Of a DNA stretch of 64,000 bases, positions 18,532 through 28,037 are shown piece after piece. The DNA is from Klebsiella phage vB_KpM_FBKp24. Numbering within the stretch: the first letter of the stretch is position 1; each line of letters starts with the position of its first letter. The stretch lies in the sequence record MW394391.1; one strand, 5' to 3'. The notes below the pieces were generated by a model. That model saw nothing but the letters and a program-made list of their open reading frames with translations, had not been told where the DNA came from and searched no databases. A program made the translations under genes and the position numbers.

Positions 18532-19173
18532 CTACTCCGCAATTTCGAAGTTGATCCCTTGCTGGATAGAGTGAATAGTTTCCTCGTAAGTCTCAGCCAA
18601 AGGTCTGCGAGAAGAGTTGAAGGAAAAAGACCGTTCTTCGTTAAAATGATACCGTCGGTCTTCGCCCGTATCAAAATAAAGAACAACGCCGTCTTTAACG
18701 AAATAACGTTCTTCAAGTCCTTCACGCGGGTAAAAAAATTCACGCCAGCTCGGCTCACGAACGTAACCTTTCAGAGCTGCTAAATTATCGAGTGAAACGT
18801 CGGTAATCCCCCATTGTATTTCTGGGCGAGGGTCACTGTACCCCAAATCGACGAAGAACTGAATGAAATCGTTCACTGTAACATTTAGTTCAACGCCGTC
18901 GAAGTGAGACGAGACGAAAGAGAGAACACCATCTTTAACCTTTACGACCATATCTCTCGGTTTAGTGACTATCGTCGCCGACTCTAATTCCAATATCGAT
19001 TTTACTCCCAAAAGGAGTTCGCCTGTTACTTCAGATTCATTGATCGCTAAGAATTCCAAAAGGCCCGCGATATAACCCTTTTCTTTTAAACGATCAAACT
19101 CGAAAATAAGGGTATGATTACCTTCAGTTAATCCGAATTTTACGCTCTCTTCTTTCAGGACAAACTTACCCAT
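18532..19173 (-). CDS. hypothetical protein (213 aa)
   Basis: ORF. Confidence 0.55.
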   Translation of the reverse strand: MGKFVLKEESVKFGLTEGNHTLIFEFDRLKEKGYIAGLLEFLAINESEVTGELLLGVKSILELESATIVTKPRDMVVKVKDGVLSFVSSHFDGVELNVTVNDFIQFFVDLGYSDPRPEIQWGITDVSLDNLAALKGYVREPSWREFFYPREGLEERYFVKDGVVLYFDTGEDRRYHFNEERSFSFNSSRRPLAETYEETIHSIQQGINFEIAE

Positions 19174-19176
19174 ATT

Positions 19177-19596
19177 TTATTCTCCGGTAGTGTTTCTGTT
19201 AGGGTCGAAAAAGCTCACAGTCTCTGAAACGGGTTTCCCGAGCGTTCCTTTTAAAACGCGCATGACGTTATAGTTGATCAGGTTTGCGACCGCTTCTGCT
19301 AAAATGGGCGATTTTAAATCAAGTTCTAAACCAACCCCTCCAGAGTGTCTAACTAGAACAGTAGAATCGCCGAAGCCACAAGCGTTCACTGCGCTGTATT
19401 TAACGTAGTACGTTCCTGAGTATTCTCCGTCCGATCCTTTCATTTTTTGGTCGATGAAGAAACCAAAAGGTAAGAAAGTATTTTCGATTCTTTCGAGTAT
19501 TTTTTGTTCTTCTTCTGAAAGAATACCTTGAATAAAATCGTTAATGGATGGATTGTCTAAAACTTTGTTTGTGATTTTCACTTCTTCCGTTTTCAT
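19177..19596 (-). CDS. hypothetical protein (139 aa)
   Basis: ORF. Confidence 0.5.
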   Translation of the reverse strand: MKTEEVKITNKVLDNPSINDFIQGILSEEEQKILERIENTFLPFGFFIDQKMKGSDGEYSGTYYVKYSAVNACGFGDSTVLVRHSGGVGLELDLKSPILAEAVANLINYNVMRVLKGTLGKPVSETVSFFDPNRNTTGE

Positions 19597-19626
19597 ATTG
19601 TCACCTTTAGTTAGAATTAAATGAGT

Positions 19627-20154
19627 TTACCACTTTAATCGAGACTGACGCAATGTCCACGGATTAGAGTAAACCGTTAATGTTTGAACCTTAATATCTT
19701 TTGGAGATAGTTCTATTGGAGGGTTTGATTTGATATTAAAGGGATGAATAGAATAGAATTCTACATTTTCCCCGGGGTTATAAATCCGCACTTTCTTTAA
19801 CAAAAACATATCCAACGGCTTCGTTACCCAAATCTCCTTTGTAAAATGGGCATCCCAAACTTGCTTTTTCTCCGTTAATACATCCGATGGAATGTGACAG
19901 ATTTTTGTTATTAACGCCTCTTCTGGGGTATAAACAAAAAAGTCCATGTATGGATATTTTTTCTCTTCGAAAAAAGTTGATACGTTTGGGTAAATAGAAC
20001 TAAAGCATTTCTCTACCGAAGGCGCTAGAGAAATACGCGGAATATTCGGTTCAGGATATTTTACATCCTTTGATTCTTTCAGTTCCATTCCATCAGGTAA
20101 CTTGGGCTTCCATAACCCTGCTAATTCGCCATTAAAACTAATGTGTAGGTACAT
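19627..20154 (-). CDS. hypothetical protein (175 aa)
   Basis: ORF. Confidence 0.5.
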   Translation of the reverse strand: MYLHISFNGELAGLWKPKLPDGMELKESKDVKYPEPNIPRISLAPSVEKCFSSIYPNVSTFFEEKKYPYMDFFVYTPEEALITKICHIPSDVLTEKKQVWDAHFTKEIWVTKPLDMFLLKKVRIYNPGENVEFYSIHPFNIKSNPPIELSPKDIKVQTLTVYSNPWTLRQSRLKW

Positions 20155-20170
20155 TAAACCTCCAAAAAAG

Positions 20171-20194
20171 AAAAGGGGCGATTTCGCCCCTTTT
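20171..20194 (-). terminator. rho-independent terminator
   Basis: AAAAGGGGCGA-TT-TCGCCCCTTTT, flanked by A/T runs. Confidence 0.7.
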
Positions 20195-20198
20195 CTAA

Positions 20199-21713
20199 TT
20201 AATAACCGAGAACTTTGTTCAGTTGCTCAATTGCCAGACCCAGCGCTGCCTGGGCATCAATCTGCGCATCGATCGCCTTCTGCGTTGCCGCAAACTGAAG
20301 AACAATCTCATCGCGAAGCGGCTTGATCGCTGCGATCAACGCTTCATTACGTTCCTTCTGCTCCAGCTCTGCCGCTACCCGTTCGAGTTCCAGAATCTGT
20401 TTACGAACATCCACAGAACTAGTCGGTGCCGGTAATTGCTCTTTGAGCTCGATCGGTGTGATAGGGTCCGGTACCGCAGATAACATTTCAGGGAGCGTTG
20501 CTAAATTTACCGGTTTAACCTCTAGTTGCGCGAGGCGATTAGGGTATTGAGAAGAATTGGGTTTGACATCGGTCGTTTTCTTCTCTAACGCTTCCATTAC
20601 CGCCTGCGCTATCGCAGTAGTAGGTTCTTCGCCACACGTTCTCACTATTTCCTCCCCGCTCGGTTTCCCTTCATCAATAGCAACCCAGCTCACTACCTTC
20701 TCCTTTGCATTGGCGTTAGGGTGAGCATCATCGTAGATTCTGATTTTACCCTCGGTCAATAACGGATTTAGGATATCGTAACGGTCTTGGGAGCTCAATG
20801 CTCCGTCGAGGCCGATATAGTTCCACACCCGGAAGAGAGGTAACGGTTTTCCTAAATTGGTCAAAAGCTCAATGACCAAAGTACCTACTGCACGCGGATC
20901 AATTTTCCGGACATCTACAACCGAAGGGATAGGATCTAACGTGAGTGTAGGTGCCGCGTGATCGAAACGCTGCTCAGAGGTAGGCAACGGCTTGCAGAAG
21001 TCACCGTGCACAAAACGGCCCACCGGGTAACGAACATTTTCGCCTTCCGGGAACTGCTCCTTGACCCCTTCGTATTTCTTCAGGTAGTTCAGTACGTCAG
21101 AGCGCGCTTGACCTTTCAAGTATTTATACTCTACCAAAGCGTTGTCGAGCTCAGTGCGCGTAAAGCCTTCTTTATTAGTTAAAAGAAGCGCTTTGATTTT
21201 AACCGCCGCATTAATGAGTTTCCCATCTTTGAGGTGCAGTTTACGCAACTCGTCGAAATTGACGAGTTTCTTTTCTTCACCAAGGAAAACGATTTCATCT
21301 TTATTTACTGGTGTTTCAGTGCTCATAGCGGGTTTATCCATGACGGGGACAATACGGTTTATCAATGTGCGTTTGCGAGTCACGAGCGTCTGTTTCCCCG
21401 GAGCTGCAATGTGGACTACCTCTCCGGAGAGTTGATGTTGCGGTGGCTGCGCGACCACGTTAATCGGGGCTGAGTGCATTTTGTGACGCAGGTGCGGAGA
21501 GCCAACGACGCCTTTCCGCGTTATCGGGGTGACAACGATACGATCTTTTGTAATCACGTAATCCAGTAACAACCCTAGCTCTTTCTTGTTCAGCGTACGG
21601 AGGGAGGGGATTTTCGTTTGGAGAAGGTCGTAGGTCATTCCGTCGGGAATACGCTCCAGAAAGCGACTCAGTTCGTTATACGGTAAGTAAAGTTTTTCTT
21701 GTAAACGGGCCAT
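20199..21713 (-). CDS. hypothetical protein with a C-terminal coiled coil (504 aa). Its N-terminal ~80 aa are paralogous to the next ORF
   Basis: L.E.SRFLE..P.G.TYD.L..KIPSLR.LNK is shared with 21772..22050. Confidence 0.55.
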   Translation of the reverse strand: MARLQEKLYLPYNELSRFLERIPDGMTYDLLQTKIPSLRTLNKKELGLLLDYVITKDRIVVTPITRKGVVGSPHLRHKMHSAPINVVAQPPQHQLSGEVVHIAAPGKQTLVTRKRTLINRIVPVMDKPAMSTETPVNKDEIVFLGEEKKLVNFDELRKLHLKDGKLINAAVKIKALLLTNKEGFTRTELDNALVEYKYLKGQARSDVLNYLKKYEGVKEQFPEGENVRYPVGRFVHGDFCKPLPTSEQRFDHAAPTLTLDPIPSVVDVRKIDPRAVGTLVIELLTNLGKPLPLFRVWNYIGLDGALSSQDRYDILNPLLTEGKIRIYDDAHPNANAKEKVVSWVAIDEGKPSGEEIVRTCGEEPTTAIAQAVMEALEKKTTDVKPNSSQYPNRLAQLEVKPVNLATLPEMLSAVPDPITPIELKEQLPAPTSSVDVRKQILELERVAAELEQKERNEALIAAIKPLRDEIVLQFAATQKAIDAQIDAQAALGLAIEQLNKVLGY

Positions 21714-21771
21714 GTGATTACTCCTTTCTTAATGAAGAGGTGTTAACTTAACTTATCTTTTATCCAAATAT

Positions 21772-22050
21772 TTACCGGAAGAAGAAAGAGGGCGATATTA
21801 ATTCATTGGTTGATAGCATATATCTTTTATGTTTCAAAAATGTTATTTCACCAGCTTCATTCTTTGTAACAGAAATAAAACCCCTTTCAACGACGTATTT
21901 AAATAAGAGATCAAAATCTTCTTTGTTTAACAAGCGAAGCGAAGGGATTTTAAGTTTTAATGTATCGTAGGTAGATCCTGCTGGGTATTTTTCTAAGAAA
22001 ATATTAAGAGAATTGAAAGAGTCGTAAAGATTTGATTTTAAGCAGGTCAT
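21772..22050 (-). CDS. hypothetical protein (92 aa), a stand-alone copy of the N-domain of the upstream gene
   Basis: Sequence similarity to the N-terminus of the 504-aa protein. Confidence 0.45.
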   Translation of the reverse strand: MTCLKSNLYDSFNSLNIFLEKYPAGSTYDTLKLKIPSLRLLNKEDFDLLFKYVVERGFISVTKNEAGEITFLKHKRYMLSTNELISPSFFFR

Positions 22051-22081
22051 TTAATCTACTCCTTGCGTGTTAGAAACGGAG

Positions 22082-22450
22082 TTATTTAACCAACGTTTGA
22101 AGAGACGCAATGATTGCTTTTATTTCTTCATTATCGAAGACAATGTAGGTTGCCTTTTCTTCGTAGAAACCATCGCGGGTGGTACATTCTAAATCCATCG
22201 GGATATTAGAAGAGATACCATTTACCCGAGTCTCTTTCTGTGCACGCTCGTCGATGTCCATCAACGTTTCCGATGAGTCTGCATCAATATCGACGAGCGC
22301 TTTGTACACGAAATCATTTGTCATGGATTCGTATTTAATGTTCAATGAGTGGATAGCCGGCTCTAACAACGCTTCCTGATACGCGGGGCCAAAAATAAAC
22401 AGCGTTCCCGAAGGTAATTTGAGGAATTCTTCTTTGTTGTAAAGCTTCAT
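22082..22450 (-). CDS. hypothetical protein (122 aa; start re-assigned to MKLYNKEEF)
   Basis: GGAGAAATCAA-ATG RBS. The listed start is a TTG. Confidence 0.45.
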   Translation of the reverse strand: MKLYNKEEFLKLPSGTLFIFGPAYQEALLEPAIHSLNIKYESMTNDFVYKALVDIDADSSETLMDIDERAQKETRVNGISSNIPMDLECTTRDGFYEEKATYIVFDNEEIKAIIASLQTLVK

Positions 22451-22514
22451 TTGATTTCTCCTATAAAAGACAACGTAAATTAGAATCGAATTTGATTCAT
22501 CTGTCAATATTACA

Positions 22515-22545
22515 TTCTGGTGATATATACATCAAAAATTATGCA
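22515..22545 (-). promoter_or_regulatory. sigma70-like promoter (TTGATG-17-TAATAT) overlapping a TATATATCAC motif variant
   Basis: Read on the minus strand. It lies ~70 nt upstream of ATG 22450. Confidence 0.35.
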
Positions 22546-22548
22546 TAA

Positions 22549-22578
22549 TTCCTTACAGCGCCTGAACGCTGTAAGGAA
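22549..22578 (-). terminator. terminator after the NAD module
   Basis: 12-bp stem TTCCTTACAGCG / CGCTGTAAGGAA. Confidence 0.5.
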
Positions 22579-22590
22579 AGTTTTATGCTA

Positions 22591-24348
22591 TCAAATCCAT
22601 TGTGCCGCACGTTCACGGATAGTACGAATACTTTCCAGAATCTTCACATCGCCGTTCAGGTAAACTGTACGCATCGCGTCTCGCTCACTTCCGCGCAACG
22701 TTTCGTACTGCTCCCGAGTCAGATCGTCTTTCAGTGTTAGCGTTCCATCATCTTCACGATAGACAATCAGATACCCTTTTGCTGACTTCTTAGTACCGTC
22801 GTCAGTTTTAGGGTTCTTCGCGATGTTGTAGTGTTTACCGTTGACTTTACCGGCGGTTGCCTTCATGGCGATGCCCAGAGTGTCGCGAGTCACAAACTGG
22901 AACTCGAAACTCCCTACCCCAAAGACAACGTTAGAGCTACAGAATCCATTCTCTTTCAAACGGGAAAGGATCCGTGTCATGGTGTTGATGTTGATCGCAT
23001 CGCCATAGATCAAACCGACGTGCGGATCCAGCTCTTTATACCCAGCGGCATTTGTGGTTCCGCCGAAGATTTCCCAGAGTATCTGTACTGCACCCTTCTG
23101 CTCTTCGATAGAAATAGGTTTCCCTGTTTTAGTCGAATAGAATTGACCATCAACACAGAAAGATTCGAAATTACCAGACGTAGCATTTTGAATCGCGACA
23201 AATTTCGTAGCATCTAAAGCAGAAGCTCCCCCTAAAACGACCATCTCTTGGGAATTGTGATTATCGCCGTCCCAAGTGTATCCGCAGAGGATATGGTACG
23301 GATTCCCGGAATCTGGACGATAGACCAGTTTACCGTCACGCGCCATAATCGCATCTTTGTTTGCGATAGCTTTGGTGGTGATGGTGTCAAAGAAGTCATT
23401 CGTATCACTGACGAAGCTGAAAACGCCAGAAGGGTAAACTTCCGTGATCAGGCGTCGTTGGAATAATTCCTCCGCCTTCGAGAGTAACTCCGCTTCTGTG
23501 ACATTAGCGTATTCAGGGGTCGCCTTCAGCTCCTCTGCGTAAACTGCAATATTCAGACAGGTTACGCTGTGTTCTGTGGCTGGGACACTACCAGCGATTT
23601 CCGAGACCGATACGTCGCCTTCTGGATTATAGAAGCGATTCGCGGTCCAGACCGAAGGGAAGCTGTCGCTCCCTTTGAAATAGATCAGCTGACCTACTGA
23701 GCTGTTCGCATCGTCAAACATCCCCGACATTCCACGTAACGCGAAGTTATGTGCCTGGTAGTCAATGAACGCTTGCGCCGCACCCGTCTCGTTAGCGTAC
23801 TGCTCCAGTACACGGCGGAAGTGTAACGCTTTCGTTGCCAACACGCACGGTTTCCAGAGTTCGTTACTCCAGAGGTCTTCGAAGTAACCGGTCAGCCACC
23901 CAAAGCCGTCGACAGTGTTTTCAATCGTCAGGAATGGAACACGAATAGGGACTAATGACCCCTCCGGTACCGCACGAATTTCGAGCGGGATATAACCCAG
24001 TTCGTGCAGCTCTTTCAGATGCGTCGATTTCACCACGCCTTTACCCAGAACCCCGTCCATGTATTCGAGGTATTCAGCCTCTACCTGATTAAACGGCGTT
24101 TTGAAGAAGTTATCAAAACTCCCGACCAACCAGCGGAGCACTAAACGCTGCAGACCCATAAATACCGAACCGTCAAAGTCCAGTGGGGTATTGAAGTACG
24201 TGTGACTTCTGGCCGTCAGGTTTTCAAAGAAGCTGTCGGTACCCAGCGGTTGTTGGTTGATGTGCCCGGTTTTATAGGCGTCACAGAGCAGGAATACCAG
24301 CGGATCTTCGGTATAGAATTTTGGGTCTTTCAGTAAAGGATTGGTCAT
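22591..24348 (-). CDS. nadV: nicotinamide phosphoribosyltransferase family protein (NadV/Nampt-like; possibly Namat of NARP1)
   Basis: Nampt-family length and overall similarity. Adjacent and overlapping (ATGA) with a Prs-like gene. Confidence 0.8.
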   Translation of the reverse strand: MTNPLLKDPKFYTEDPLVFLLCDAYKTGHINQQPLGTDSFFENLTARSHTYFNTPLDFDGSVFMGLQRLVLRWLVGSFDNFFKTPFNQVEAEYLEYMDGVLGKGVVKSTHLKELHELGYIPLEIRAVPEGSLVPIRVPFLTIENTVDGFGWLTGYFEDLWSNELWKPCVLATKALHFRRVLEQYANETGAAQAFIDYQAHNFALRGMSGMFDDANSSVGQLIYFKGSDSFPSVWTANRFYNPEGDVSVSEIAGSVPATEHSVTCLNIAVYAEELKATPEYANVTEAELLSKAEELFQRRLITEVYPSGVFSFVSDTNDFFDTITTKAIANKDAIMARDGKLVYRPDSGNPYHILCGYTWDGDNHNSQEMVVLGGASALDATKFVAIQNATSGNFESFCVDGQFYSTKTGKPISIEEQKGAVQILWEIFGGTTNAAGYKELDPHVGLIYGDAININTMTRILSRLKENGFCSSNVVFGVGSFEFQFVTRDTLGIAMKATAGKVNGKHYNIAKNPKTDDGTKKSAKGYLIVYREDDGTLTLKDDLTREQYETLRGSERDAMRTVYLNGDVKILESIRTIRERAAQWI

Positions 24349-25235
24349 TTCACGCGTCCATCTTTAGCGGTTAAATAGGATTGGGTTGGTAACCCGTCGT
24401 CGGTGATGTTTTCCCACCACACGTTAGTCGAGAAAATCTGATCGAAGGCAGCGGAAAGCTCGCCTAGTCCTTTCGAGAAAATACCGTGAGTCACGAAGAG
24501 ACTGAGCGATTTCGGGCTCTGAGTACTGAGCTTTTTCGCCAGCTCAGTGAAGGTCCACCCACCATCGCAAATGTCATCAACAACCAACAGATTACGACCT
24601 TCGATATTGTCGTTGTCCAGTAGCGTAATGTCGAGGATATTGCCGGTTTTGGTATCGCGCTTTTTGTTTGCATAAACGATAGGCGCACCACCCAAGAGTT
24701 TCGCCAGCTCTTCAGTTTTCTTCGCAGCGCCACCGTCAGGGGAAACTAACACGACGTTATTCTCCCGAATCCAATTGGCCAGGAGATTAAAGACTATTTT
24801 GGACTGCTCCAGAACGACGAGGTTTTTGATCAGGGCCGGGGTGACGTTAGAGTGCGGATCGTGTATCAACACTCGGTCTGCTTTCAGGCTGTTGAACAGC
24901 TCTGCGAATACGCCGAGGGAGAACGATTCTCCTGCATTACACACGCGGTCTTGGCGTGCGTACGGGAAATACGGTACGGTTAAATGAAGTTCTGTTTTCG
25001 CCGTATATTTACCAATACGACGAATAGCATCGACCAGCAGCAGTAAGCGGACTGCCTCACTGGAAGATTTGATACTTCCTTCTATTTTAACGATACCAAT
25101 ATCGTGCGGAGGAAGACCGTGGCGATTAATTGCAATATGTTCTTCCCCGCCCGGGAACGTTAAGTTTTCATAAAGGACGGGTTGTCCATCGAACGTAACT
25201 TTAAACATTGTAACCCCTTTAAAAATGGTAAACAA
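24345..25235 (-). CDS. ribose-phosphate pyrophosphokinase family protein (Prs-like; possibly ADPR-PP synthetase Adps)
   Basis: VPYFPYARQDR and the PRPP-binding loop LLVVDDICDGGWT. Confidence 0.8.
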   Translation of the reverse strand: MFTIFKGVTMFKVTFDGQPVLYENLTFPGGEEHIAINRHGLPPHDIGIVKIEGSIKSSSEAVRLLLLVDAIRRIGKYTAKTELHLTVPYFPYARQDRVCNAGESFSLGVFAELFNSLKADRVLIHDPHSNVTPALIKNLVVLEQSKIVFNLLANWIRENNVVLVSPDGGAAKKTEELAKLLGGAPIVYANKKRDTKTGNILDITLLDNDNIEGRNLLVVDDICDGGWTFTELAKKLSTQSPKSLSLFVTHGIFSKGLGELSAAFDQIFSTNVWWENITDDGLPTQSYLTAKDGRVK

Positions 25236-25256
25236 TAATCTTCAAAATAAATATTA

Positions 25257-25796
25257 TCAGCGTGTTATCGGATTCTGGACTTTCACGTAGGTGGAAAATC
25301 GACACCGTTCGTGCCAACTAAACTCGTGAGTTTCGAGTACCCAACCCTTATGGACCGTAGTATAAGAGAGTAGTTTACCGAGCTCCTGAATAAGGTCGAT
25401 GTCTAACTTTATATTACCGTTGGAGTGAATGGGGATTTCCGTGACGTAGATCTTCTGTACACGATCGATCAATTGTTTGTAGATACTGACCCCTCCGCAG
25501 ATAACAACCTCGTTGTAGCCTCTTCTAGAGGCATCTACGGCGATATCTTCGAATGAGCTGTAGGCAATGATATCAGGGATAGATTCGAATTGAGAAGGGT
25601 TACTTGTCAGAACGTAGTGGGTACGTCCCGGTAAAGCCCGTCCTATTCCTTTTGCTGTAGTAGAGCCCATGACAATCGCTTTATTTTTGGTTTTCCTGAC
25701 GAACCATTGCATATCTTCTTCAGAACGCCAAGGGAGTTTATCGTCTTGACCAATGACGAAATCAAGATCGTGTGCTACGATGAGAGAGAAAATCAT
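25257..25796 (-). CDS. frd: dihydrofolate reductase
   Basis: N-terminus IVAHDLDFVIGQDDKLPW, and VMGSTTAKGIGRALPGRTHYVLT. Confidence 0.9.
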   Translation of the reverse strand: MIFSLIVAHDLDFVIGQDDKLPWRSEEDMQWFVRKTKNKAIVMGSTTAKGIGRALPGRTHYVLTSNPSQFESIPDIIAYSSFEDIAVDASRRGYNEVVICGGVSIYKQLIDRVQKIYVTEIPIHSNGNIKLDIDLIQELGKLLSYTTVHKGWVLETHEFSWHERCRFSTYVKVQNPITR

Positions 25797-25840
25797 TGTG
25801 AGTTACCTTTCAGTGAGTTCAAAATAAAAAACAGAAACGT

Positions 25841-25850
25841 GATAATAGAG
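25841..25850 (-). promoter_or_regulatory. GTGATAATAG motif variant upstream of frd
   Basis: ~45 nt upstream of frd ATG 25796. The spacing matches the other motif copies. Confidence 0.3.
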
Positions 25851-25977
25851 AGAGACGAATGTCTACCTGCCTAGTTTTAAAACTAATTCCTGAATATATC
25901 GGCGTAGGATAGGTTCTACTATAGTTTGATTCTTGTGACAATAACCTCACTACTAGCCCGGTTGGGCAGGAGATGAA

Positions 25978-27960
25978 ATGAGTACCAACTTTATATTCAT
26001 GCCAAATAATCAGTTCAGGTTGGTCGATAATGGTCGTGTCGCTAACGCTGGGAAGCTTTATATCGGTAAAGCAAACACAGATCCTACAGTCGCTGCTAAT
26101 CAGATAACCGTTACTGGTCTTGCCATTGACGGTACAAACAGTATCTTAAATCAACCAATTAATTTGGACAAGCATGGTTTCCCGTTGGACGAATTGGGAA
26201 ACGTAGTGACATTATCAGTTGACTCGCACTATAGCCTTGCTATCTTTGACGCGTACAGTAAACTACAACAATCAGTCAGTGCAGTGGAAATTAATGAGGT
26301 CGAGAGTTTTTCCTCCCTGCGTACATTACCTGTTCTCCGCGCCGGTCAAAGAGTTAGAGTGAAGGCTCATACAGCCGGAACTTCCTTGGGTGGCGGGGAG
26401 TTTATCGGTGTGTTGGGTACAAAAGCTGATGACGGCGGCGTTGTGGCCTCAGGTAGCGGCTTTTACTGGGTGAGGGTTATCAACGGTGTGGTAAATGTCG
26501 ATAACTTCGGCGCGCGGGGCGACGGGAGTGCAGACGATACTAACGCTATTCTCGCCGCACTTAACTACGCCATTGCTAATGGTATCTCCGTAGAGTTTAC
26601 CGCGAATAAAACTTACAAGATTACCGGCAGTACCGGGCTCAGTTTTGATATTGGTAAAATTTCCGTTGGTTGTTACAATGGTCGGGCTAAGCTGGATTTT
26701 AGCGGCTTCACTGGTACTACCGCTATCAACGTTTATTCTTCGTTAACTTATCCAACCTCCATGTACAGAAATACCACAAACCGTTTAATAGGACTGGAGG
26801 TATTTGGTGGGTTAACTACCGGGGTAAATGGGTTGTTAGTCGGTAATGACACTTACGATTACAACGGTCAAACTATTATTCAAAACTGTTCGTTCTTCCG
26901 GTTTGATAACGTGGTACTTTGCGCGAAGAATACGTGGCGAACCAAGTTTATCGCTTGTACGATTTCTACCGGGATAAGTAATATATTTTACGCGCCATCT
27001 GGTATTCTTAATTCTGGTGAAAGTATTACATTTAGCGATTGTCAGATTAGTGATTCTAATAACGCCCCTTTCACGGTTGCTTGCTCAAACTTCGCGATCG
27101 GCTTTATTGGTTCGTCGGTATTGAACACTCGATTAGTCATCAGCGGTTCGGGTAGCGTTGTCAGTATCGAAGGGATGAGTAATTTTGAAAACCCCAATGC
27201 CAAAAACTACTATCGGTTTGCTGAAGTTACCGGCGCCGGAGCGCGGCTGATTATCAGTTACTCAACGGTGGTCTGTAACACCCCTGCTATCCAAACAAAA
27301 CCACTATTTTACGTAGGGGCAAACGCATTCATCATTTTCAATGGAGTTAAACTCCAAGGTAATAGTTATCCTTTCGAATTGGATGCTACAGGACCAGGTA
27401 ACCGCCGGTGGATAGAAGGACCAGGATTTGTTTTTGCCACGGGCTGTACTTGTGATATTCTTTCTGGTGCAGGTAATATCCCGCTACATGAATCATTATC
27501 GCCGATTCGAAATTGGGATTTTGAAAGTGGTGATTTGAGTGACTGGGCTATTAATAACTCAGGATCTTCTGCTCAAACCGCGGTAGTATCGTCGACTTCC
27601 AGTAAAGTAGGTACGTATGGTTTACGGTTAACGTCAGTTAGCGGATTGAATATCTTCGCTACGTCTACATTTAGCGTGAAACCGGGTAGGTACTTCGCCA
27701 CCAGTTTCTGGGGACGAGTTGTTACGGCTAATGCCGGGGCAACGTCTGCAGGTAACTTAACACTCAGTTTTAAAACGGACGCAGGCGTGCAGATTAATGC
27801 ATTAACTGCTAATCTTCCTTCGAGTGTTACCGACTGGGCAGTTTACGGTGCCTTCATTCAGGGAGTTGTCCCACGTGGTGCTGCGAGAGCGGAGATTTCT
27901 TTACGAGCTTCTCAGGGCGCAGTTGTTGACTTTGATTCGGTTCTTTTCAATATGTTTTAA
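25978..27960 (+). CDS. tailspike/depolymerase with a pectate-lyase-like beta-helix and a C-terminal carbohydrate-binding module (660 aa)
   Basis: VDNFGARGDGSADDTNAI (pectate-lyase-3-like). C-terminal CBM4/9-like jelly-roll signature. Strong AGGAG RBS. Confidence 0.7.
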   Translation: MSTNFIFMPNNQFRLVDNGRVANAGKLYIGKANTDPTVAANQITVTGLAIDGTNSILNQPINLDKHGFPLDELGNVVTLSVDSHYSLAIFDAYSKLQQSVSAVEINEVESFSSLRTLPVLRAGQRVRVKAHTAGTSLGGGEFIGVLGTKADDGGVVASGSGFYWVRVINGVVNVDNFGARGDGSADDTNAILAALNYAIANGISVEFTANKTYKITGSTGLSFDIGKISVGCYNGRAKLDFSGFTGTTAINVYSSLTYPTSMYRNTTNRLIGLEVFGGLTTGVNGLLVGNDTYDYNGQTIIQNCSFFRFDNVVLCAKNTWRTKFIACTISTGISNIFYAPSGILNSGESITFSDCQISDSNNAPFTVACSNFAIGFIGSSVLNTRLVISGSGSVVSIEGMSNFENPNAKNYYRFAEVTGAGARLIISYSTVVCNTPAIQTKPLFYVGANAFIIFNGVKLQGNSYPFELDATGPGNRRWIEGPGFVFATGCTCDILSGAGNIPLHESLSPIRNWDFESGDLSDWAINNSGSSAQTAVVSSTSSKVGTYGLRLTSVSGLNIFATSTFSVKPGRYFATSFWGRVVTANAGATSAGNLTLSFKTDAGVQINALTANLPSSVTDWAVYGAFIQGVVPRGAARAEISLRASQGAVVDFDSVLFNMF

Positions 27961-27983
27961 ATAAAAAAAATAAGTAGTCATAG

Positions 27984-28014
27984 CCCTAGGGGATCCGTAA
28001 TGGATCCCCTAGGG
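27984..28014. terminator. Bidirectional terminator
   Basis: 13-bp stem CCCTAGGGGATCC / GGATCCCCTAGGG. An A8 run lies upstream. Confidence 0.65.
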
Positions 28015-28037
28015 TACGTTCGCGCCGGAAAGCGGAA

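Noticed and set aside
18492-18758. 88-aa minus ORF
   Set aside because: It overlaps the 213-aa gene in another frame and spans an intergenic hairpin.
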